Shown piece after piece: positions 9,134 through 17,000 of a stretch of DNA of 20,000 nucleotides. The DNA lies in IMG/VR virus record IMGVR_UViG_3300013370_000002, positions 45,702-65,701 of that record, one strand, 5' to 3'. The notes below the pieces were generated by a model. The model was not told the DNA's origin and did no database searches. It was given only the letters and a program-made list of their open reading frames with translations. A program made the position numbers and the translations under genes. Each line of letters opens with the position of its first letter. Position 1 is the first letter of the stretch. The stretch comes from an uncultured virus (IMG/VR IMGVR_UViG_3300013370_000002) (lineage: Duplodnaviria; Heunggongvirae; Uroviricota; Caudoviricetes).

Positions 9134-9332
9134 TGATGCGTTTGTGATGGTGGAACACGGCAATATGAGCTTGCCAGAAGCGCTTAAAATAGGACTATCT
9201 TTTTTAACAATGTACAAAACATCGTCAAGTTTTGATTTAGTGTCTAAGCGCCTAGAAAGCGAGCATCTACATAAAATTGCTGTTATTAGTCGTCTTGATG
9301 CCATTATTAAAACCAATCAGAGCCGTAGATGA
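9048..9332 (+). CDS. Short ORF overlapping the upstream gene in the +1 frame; probable second part of the tail assembly chaperone (start uncertain)
   Basis: It fills the 9134-9332 gap. The helical 'FVMVEHGNMSLPEALKIGLSFL' pattern resembles chaperone extensions. Candidate slippery site CGA TTT C at 9071-9077. Confidence 0.5.
   Translation: MMALASRHDFSPLIAYKGSPELLQSALLDDAFVMVEHGNMSLPEALKIGLSFLTMYKTSSSFDLVSKRLESEHLHKIAVISRLDAIIKTNQSRR
9152..9192 (+). promoter_or_regulatory. Candidate late promoter for the lysis cassette
   Basis: GGAACAC (9152-9158), 26 nt, then TAAAAT (9185-9190). It lies ~200 bp upstream of the first lysis gene, inside a coding region. Confidence 0.35.
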
Positions 9333-9388
9333 TGCCGTCAAATTACAACAGTAGTTATATTTAATCATCAATTTAATTGGGATAGACA

Positions 9389-9865
9389 ATGCCAGACAAA
9401 TACTATTCAGCTGTGCAGACAACCAAACTACTGGCATTGTCAGGTAGCGGTACGGTTATTAGCGCAGTCAGTGTGATGGTACAACTCAATGAGCCTCACA
9501 CCTTTTTATATCTAAGTTTACCGTATTGGTATTTTTTAGTAGCGACAATTTTACTGGTTTTTGTGGGCGCAGGGCTTGCAATGACCAACGATTACATGAA
9601 GAAGCAAGGCACATTTTGGGGCAATCTGCTGCTAGCGATAGTGGTTGGTTTTATCATCTCATTCGTTATCTTGCCAGCAATCAATGACAAGCCAACGGTC
9701 GTCATTATGATGCTAACCGCTTTTTTTGGTGGACTACTTGGTACGATATTTTTACGCATGATACTAGAATTGTCAGCAGATGACGATCTCAAGGTGGGTG
9801 TTCAGTCTATTGTTAAAAACCTTATCCTAAAATGGATCAATAGATTCTCAGGGGGTGATAAGTGA
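9389..9865 (+). CDS. Putative holin (3-4 transmembrane helices)
   Basis: Hydrophobic segments YWYFLVATILLVFVGAGLAM, FWGNLLLAIVVGFIISFVILPAI and VVIMMLTAFFGGLLGTIFLRMIL; located two genes upstream of the endolysin. Confidence 0.6.
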   Translation: MPDKYYSAVQTTKLLALSGSGTVISAVSVMVQLNEPHTFLYLSLPYWYFLVATILLVFVGAGLAMTNDYMKKQGTFWGNLLLAIVVGFIISFVILPAINDKPTVVIMMLTAFFGGLLGTIFLRMILELSADDDLKVGVQSIVKNLILKWINRFSGGDK

Positions 9866-10167
9866 TACCTATCATCAACACATTATTAGCTTTTACTGGC
9901 CTCATGATATGCACCTGTTTTTTATTGTCAGATCGATTCAATACAACATCAAAAGAAACCCTTGGACAGTTGGGCGGCTGGATTATCGTATGGATATTCT
10001 TAGTCTCAGCGTCACTACCAAGCAGTAGTTTTGAGCCGTCGTGGTCTACCACAGCAGCTCGAACAATCGTTTTGATTTTAAATATTTGGCACTTTAAAAA
10101 GTTGATTATTAGGCGATGCAAAAGAGCGCACGGCCTACGCAAACCAATTAAACAAAAAGAGGTGTAA
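9862..10167 (+). CDS. Small membrane protein, putative holin/antiholin
   Basis: GTGA overlap with the upstream stop, GGGGGTG SD, about 3 hydrophobic segments and a very basic C-tail (KKLIIRRCKRAHGLRKPIKQKEV); immediately precedes the endolysin. Confidence 0.6.
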   Translation: MIPIINTLLAFTGLMICTCFLLSDRFNTTSKETLGQLGGWIIVWIFLVSASLPSSSFEPSWSTTAARTIVLILNIWHFKKLIIRRCKRAHGLRKPIKQKEV

Positions 10168-10169
10168 TC

Positions 10170-10907
10170 ATGGCAATTATTGAAATGCAAAAAGAGCTGG
10201 GCGTACTTGCTGATGGTTGGTGGGGCGGTGACTCGCAACGAGCCTACCTAGCACAAGGCAAACAGCTTGATTTTAACTGGGCTTATCTGAGACGCAAGCT
10301 AGCAGGCTCTTTTAGTCAATCTCAAGTAGATGGCTTTAACCGGATTATGGCTGCGTGCAACCGCGCCAAGCTATCGCCGCAGCACGCCGCCTATATTCTA
10401 GCGACTGTATGGCATGAGAGCGCCACAACCATGACTCCTATTAATGAGCATGGCAAGGGTCGCAAAAAGCGTTATGGTCAATGGTTTAAAAACAGCAAAG
10501 GGGTTGTTTATGGCATTCGTAATGGCAATCTTAGCCGTCCCGCCTACCTAAAGTCCGATTATCCTCACCTATTTTTTGGGCGCGGGGATTGCCAGCTTAC
10601 GTGGCTCGATAACTATATCAAGTTGGGGTTAATACTAGGCGTAGACCTTGCTAACAATCCTGATCTTGCGCTTGACCCCGATATTTCAGCCGATATTTTA
10701 GTGATTGGATCAATGCGAGGGCTGTTTACGGGTAAGAGTATTCCGCATTATGTTACGTTTGGCACTTTTAATGAGTTTGTGCTGGCACGTTATGTCATCA
10801 ATGGACGTGATAAGCGCGATCTTATTGCTGGGTATGCTAAAACCATTATGACCGCTATGCAACTAAAAGACGATGCTATTTGTGCTGAGTCTTTGCTGGT
10901 CGCTTAA
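10170..10907 (+). CDS. Endolysin, glycoside hydrolase family 19 (chitinase-like) with a short N-terminal peptidoglycan-binding-like motif
   Basis: GH19 motifs 'AYILATVWHES', 'FFGRGDCQLTWLDNY', 'DLANNPDLALDP' and 'ARYVING'. N-terminal 'MQKELGVLADGWWGGDS' resembles PG_binding DGxxG. GAGGTG SD. Confidence 0.9.
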   Translation: MAIIEMQKELGVLADGWWGGDSQRAYLAQGKQLDFNWAYLRRKLAGSFSQSQVDGFNRIMAACNRAKLSPQHAAYILATVWHESATTMTPINEHGKGRKKRYGQWFKNSKGVVYGIRNGNLSRPAYLKSDYPHLFFGRGDCQLTWLDNYIKLGLILGVDLANNPDLALDPDISADILVIGSMRGLFTGKSIPHYVTFGTFNEFVLARYVINGRDKRDLIAGYAKTIMTAMQLKDDAICAESLLVA

Positions 10908-10928
10908 AAGCAGCTTTGACTAACAACC

Positions 10929-10960
10929 AAAAACCCCGCCTAAATGGTGGGGTTTTTATT
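10929..10960 (+). terminator. Rho-independent terminator
   Basis: AAAAACCCCGCC-TAAAT-GGTGGGGTTTTT-ATT after the endolysin stop. Confidence 0.9.
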
Positions 10961-10970
10961 GCAAGGCTGT

Positions 10971-11012
10971 GGAACACACTAAAAGCTGGCAAGTCGTTAC
11001 ACCTCATAATAA
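10971..11012 (+). promoter_or_regulatory. Candidate activator-dependent late promoter for darB-ulx
   Basis: GGAACAC (10971-10977), 27 nt, then CATAATAA (11005-11012), directly after a terminator and 31 nt before the darB ATG. Confidence 0.6.
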
Positions 11013-11043
11013 GGAATCGATAACACCAACTAGGCCATAAGAT

Positions 11044-14000
11044 ATGAAAGAGAAACTTGCTAGATTAAAACGACTACAAACCGCGCTTGCCAGCCTAAAA
11101 GCGGCCAATGATATTAAAAGCCGTATAGCCGCCGCTAAAGAGCTGACCGCTGTGCTAAAAGAGCTTGGCGCGTTTGCTAAAGCTAAGCCGCTAGATAGCA
11201 CAGCGCCTACCAGTAAAGACGCTACTACCAAAAAGATAGTTAATCGAACCACTATCGCTATTCCAGACAAGCCAGCCGCCCGTCAAAAAGCCAATGACAC
11301 TGCTATCGCTTTACTGGATGAGATACAAGGTAAAGGCTTAACCCGTGACGATCTAACTGATGAGCAAATAGAGGTTTTAGCTAAATATACCGGTAGTGGT
11401 GGCGGATTAACCGCTAAAGATGGTCGCCGCGGGTCAGCTTATGAATATTACACGCCTGAAGCAGTCGCGCAGTCTGTTTGGGATTTAGCAAGTGAGATGG
11501 GTTTTAGTGGCGGCAAGGTGCTTGATCCGAGTGCTGGCACGGGCATTTTCGCAGCAACCAGCCCAGAAAGCGCAGTCGTAGATAGTATTGAGCTTGATGA
11601 GACATCAGGCGGTATTGCTCAGATACTAAACGATGGTGAGCGCAGTAAAACGATTATCTCTCCTTTTGAGGCGCAAGCCGCGCTTATCGCTGATGACAGC
11701 CTTGATATGGTAGTGACCAATGTACCCTTTGGTGACAATAAGACACGCGGGGCTAATGCAACGCTTGATAAAGCCTATCAAAAAGAGTCGCTTGAGAATT
11801 ACTTTATCTTACGATCACTTGAAAAGGTGAAGCATGGCGGCCTCGCTATATTTGTGACACCAACGTCCGTAGTATCTGGCAAAAAAGCGGATAAGAAAAA
11901 GTTGCGCAAGCTCACTAGCTTAAAAGCTGACTTTTTGGGCGCGTATCGCTTGCCTACCAGTGTGTTTGAGCAGACGGGCGCGGACGTGGTAACAGACGTT
12001 ATCGTTTATCGTAAACATAGCCGCGATGCTATAGAGCAAATTAACGACTTATACCAAGCGGGTGATATTGACGCCCTCGTTAACAGCAACGTGCTATGGG
12101 ATGGCTATTTAAGCGGCAATTACTTTAAAAAGGCTGAGCATAAGCGCTTTATTTTAGGCGATGTGGTTAGTGAAAAAGATCGCTGGGGCAAAATGGCTGA
12201 AAAAGTCGTTAGCACTAAAAAGACACCTGAAATTGCCAAAATGATGAAAAAGTTTGGTGACAGCCGTATTGATTGGAATATGCTAGGCGCGGCTGGCGCT
12301 GAGATTATCGACTATAAAAACGGTGATGTAGTATTTCAAGACGGCAAGCAGTTAGAGTATCAAGACGGACGCTGGCAGGCGATAGAAAAAGAAGTGACTA
12401 GCACCGAGCTTGAAATACAACAGCAGCTTGCCAGCATGGGTAGCGCTATCGACATGGTGATGGCTCGCGTGACCTATGAGCAGATAAGCGCCACGTTTGA
12501 GTATAGCCAAAAAACTGGTCAAGCAGGATTGATCCCTAGCGATGCTTTGTCCATGTTAGATCGCGCCTCAAAGAGCGTGACTTCTGATCGCGCGGCTGCA
12601 TGGAACTGCGTATTGTGTGCGCAAGCTATCCGGGAGGCTATTGAGCTACATGAATACGGCTATGACTTTAAGAATGGCGAGCCTGAAATCACAGATTTTA
12701 TGAAATACGCGTTTTTGGATGGCAAAAACACTAAGTTATCTGGTGACGCTAAGCAAGATCATAAATTCGTAGCACTGTATTATGCCAATGGCAAGTATAA
12801 CGATGCTTGGCTTGGTAATATCAATAGCGAGGTTGTCGATAATGGCGCCGCTAAGAGCTATCAAAGCGTTATTGCGCGTATGCAGTACGAAAACAAAAGT
12901 CTTTACGTCACCCCTGAGCAGTTAAAACAGATTGATCCCGCCGCTGATCCAATCAGTAACGATGACTGGTTTACTAATCATGATGGCAGTCAGATTATCG
13001 CCGCTAATGACTTCTTAGTTGGTAGTTTGTCAGACCGCTTAAAAGATATCGATAATCAGATTGAACTTACTAATGATGAGCAGATTAAAGCCAAACTAAT
13101 TAAGCAAAAATCCATTGCTCGTGACAGCGTGGCGCGTATCGATGTTAAGCGCCTTGAGCTTGATCTTCGCACCCCGCTTATTAGTGCTGAAGATAAGGTA
13201 AGGTTTTTAAAGCAAACGGTCCATAAAGACGCTTTTGTCGCTTATAACGCACAAGGTCGCGGCATTGCAGATATCGATATTAAAGGCAGTAGCACCAAAG
13301 ACAGCCTTGAGAAAAAAGACAAGGATAAGCTATATAACCGTATCGGTGACTGGCTTGGCAAAGGAACTGTCACGCTAGGCAGCGTTAAGCTTGAGACTAT
13401 GAGTCAACGTGACGCCCTAAACTGGATGACGGAGCAGATCAATACCGCAAACATCAAGTTTAATTCATGGGTTAAGGCCAATAAAAACATCATGTCAGGT
13501 CTTGAGGCTATGATGACCAATGAGGACAATTTATACTTTACTCAAAACGCAGATGAGACGCCGATTGACATTGCTGGCATGAATCCAGCGCTTAGTTTGC
13601 ATGGCTATCAAAATGCCGAAGTGCGCAAACAAGGTCGCTTCTTTGGTGGTATTAACGGCTTCAGTGTTGGACTTGGTAAAACATTTACCTCACTTGCCAG
13701 CGTGCAGCATGTGCATAATATTGGCGTTAAAAAGAAAACGATTTTTGTGGTCCCTAATAGCGTGCTGTCCAACTGGCGTAAAGAGGCTACCTTCGCCTAT
13801 CAGAACACCGATGATTGTATTTTTATAGGCTTACGCGAGGACGGCGAAAAATTCCGTGTCATGTCAAACAAATATGACGAGGACTTGCTGGCTGCTATCG
13901 ATGGCAAGTACCGAAAAATATTCATGACGCTTGAGGCATTCAAGCGCATTCGCTTGAAGGACAACACGCTAGGCGATTATGCGGACTACATCAAGCAAAA

Positions 14001-17000
14001 CGATACCGCTTTTGCTGAAAAAGAGCTGCAAAAAGATGACGAAAAGGTAAACGGTTTAACCGCTGAGCTTATCGAGCGTTTGACAATGAACAGTAATGCG
14101 CCATTTTTGGAGGACATGCGCGTAGATAGCGTGGTGATTGATGAGGCTCATGCCTTTAAAAACTCTATTACAGCGCCTAACACCGATGACCGTATTAAAT
14201 ATCTATCACAGCCTGGTCAATCAGCGCGTGGTGAGGATGCACAAGCCAAGCTTTGGTATGTACGTGGCAGCACGCCTAATAATGATGGTGTGCAGCTACT
14301 CACAGCGACGCCTATTACCAATAGTCCGCTTGAGATTTACTCTATGTTATCGCTGGCAAGTGGCCGTAATACGATTAATAAAATGTGTGGCGGTATAAAC
14401 GGTGCTGATGACTTCATTCAGATCATGTGCCAAATTCAAGAGGAGGTTATGCCAACCATTGATGGCGGCGAACGCTCGCAAAACGTCTTTACTGGTATTC
14501 GTAACGCTAATATATTGCGTACCGTCATCGGATCAAACGCGGTCATTAAAGACGCGCAAGATGTCGGTATGTCAGTGGTTATACCGGACCGTGAAGAGGT
14601 CGCTACTGAGGTTAATTTAGGTAAAGGGGTAATGGATCAACTTCGTATGTTCCAAGATGCTTATACCGTCGCTAAACAGCTTGAGAAAGATCAGCTGGAT
14701 AATGAGCTTGCAGATATCAATCATCCGCAAAGCCCGTTTAACCCCAATAGCCCGTTTAGCATTATTCAGAAAAAATACGGTGAGGAAGTGGAGCTTATGG
14801 CTCATCCGTTTAACTTGATCCGCAAAATGGATGTGATGATTGCAGATAGCGAGTTTAGCGAAATGGCAACCTTCTACGACTTCGAGAAGTCACAAGAAAA
14901 GCTTGCGCAATCAGTCATTGATAAGTTCAATAAAAAAGCGTACTCAGACAGCCGTAAACGCTTAAGCCCTTACACTGACAAGGAAAATGCTGAAGCGGTC
15001 TACACTAAAGACGGTGATACAAAGGTTTTCAAAGAGTATAAAATCACAGTTGAGGCTAAGATTGTGCTGCATGATGGGCGCAAACGTATTGTTGTTGACA
15101 CCTTGAACGGTAAGACGCAATCGAGATTTGAAGATATTGCAGACAAAGATAAACTTAATCTCGATGTGACTACCTCCGCCAAAATAGCCGCTATGCTTGA
15201 AAACTTTAAGACTGAGCAGGCAGAGCCGCGCGGTGCTAACTCAGATGGTACTGCTAGCAATATCGTTAAGCAGATTATCTTTTGCGATCATCTATTTTTG
15301 CATAACAAGATTAAAAAATTAATTGCTAAGCGGGCAGGCGTGCCAGCCAGCAAAATAGCTATCATTACCGGGCAGATCAACAATGAGCCGGATGAGATGA
15401 TCGACATTCAAGATGGGTTTAATGCTGAGAGTGATGATAATCAATACCAGGTTATTATTGCCAACAAAAAAGCTGAGGTTGGTATTAACTTGCAGCGTGG
15501 TACGCAAGCAATCCACCACTTAACAACCGGTTGGACCCCTGATAGCTTAGAGCAGCGTAACGGACGTGGTGCCCGCCAAGGTAACAAGACGCAAAAGGTT
15601 GCTATTTATCATTACGATGCTGATGGCACGTTTGATGAGTTTAAGCGCACGATGATCGATAAAAAAGATGAATGGATCAGCAGCGTCTTAAAAGACGATG
15701 GTAAAAATACCATTGAGGTCACGGGTAGCATCTCACGTACTGAGCAAGACGCGCTTATCGCTACAATGGGTAACAAGGAGGCCATGCGCGAGTATCAAAC
15801 CACTAAGGACGCCAAAGAGAAAGAGGTCAGATATAACGCCGCCGTTAAGCGCCAAAGTATCAATATGGACGTAGTGCGTGAGCAGGCTAGCATGATGGCT
15901 GATCTTACTATCGATAAATTCTATGAGCAGGCTGTTATCAATGTAGTCAGTCTTATTCGTGACAATAGAACACTACTTACCAAAAATCAGAAATCTACCG
16001 CTAAAGCTGATACTCGCAAAAAGAATGAGCTGCTTTATGAGAACTCGAAACAGATCGCGCTTGATCAGTTAAGCGATATCTTGAACTCAGTAGGCGTGCA
16101 GCGCTACGATAAGGCCGAGGATTGGGATAGAACGCATAAGTATGTCCCGGTTGGCAGTATCGTTAGCCCTGATACTTCTGCTAACAATATCTATATCAGC
16201 ATAATGAATGATACTACTGAGTACCCACCAAGCAAGACAGATGAGTGGGCCAAGAAGTTTTCTAATATGCAGATTTTAGGCAGCTCTTATAATCATAGTA
16301 ACGATAAACTTATTATCAACGAGGGCAGCATCTATCAAGCGGCTTATGATGAGGTTAAAGAAACCGCTGAAGGACTTATTAATCAGTCCGTTATTGCGGC
16401 CAACTATATCGCTGAAGAGACGGGGATTGATGGTATTAGCTTGCCCGCTAACGCTGGCGAGCTAATCGCTAGAAAAGAGGCTGTCATTGTTAATGGCGTT
16501 TATATCCAAGTCGGATCAATCGTCATTAAACCGCAAGGGGCCGATAAACCTGATGATATTTATCTCGCTCGTATGGATGATGGTAAACTTACACTGAGTA
16601 AGGTTGGCAAAGCTTCTTTTGGTGGTACTTACTCTGTATCAAATAACACGCCATCCATTACCATGTTTATCGAGGCTGACATGGTGATTAATCCTAATAG
16701 CAGCCGCTACTTGAGTGCGATCAAGCAAATAGCCGCCTTTGAAGATAGTTTGCATCTACAAGGCGCTTTAAAGCCGCTGTCATTTAAGTATAGCGACGTG
16801 TTGCCAGAAGTCGCAGAATACCGCGATGATAGCATCAGACCTATCTGGAATATGAGTGCAGACTTTGGCGGCAGTCATGCCAACATTGAAAACAGTCCTA
16901 TAGCTATCATGTTGCCCTTGTTTGTTTTGAACGCTGGTACGCCATTTGCTAAAGCCATGCTGACACAGTATGCAAAGTACGGCTTTGAGATTAATATTGA

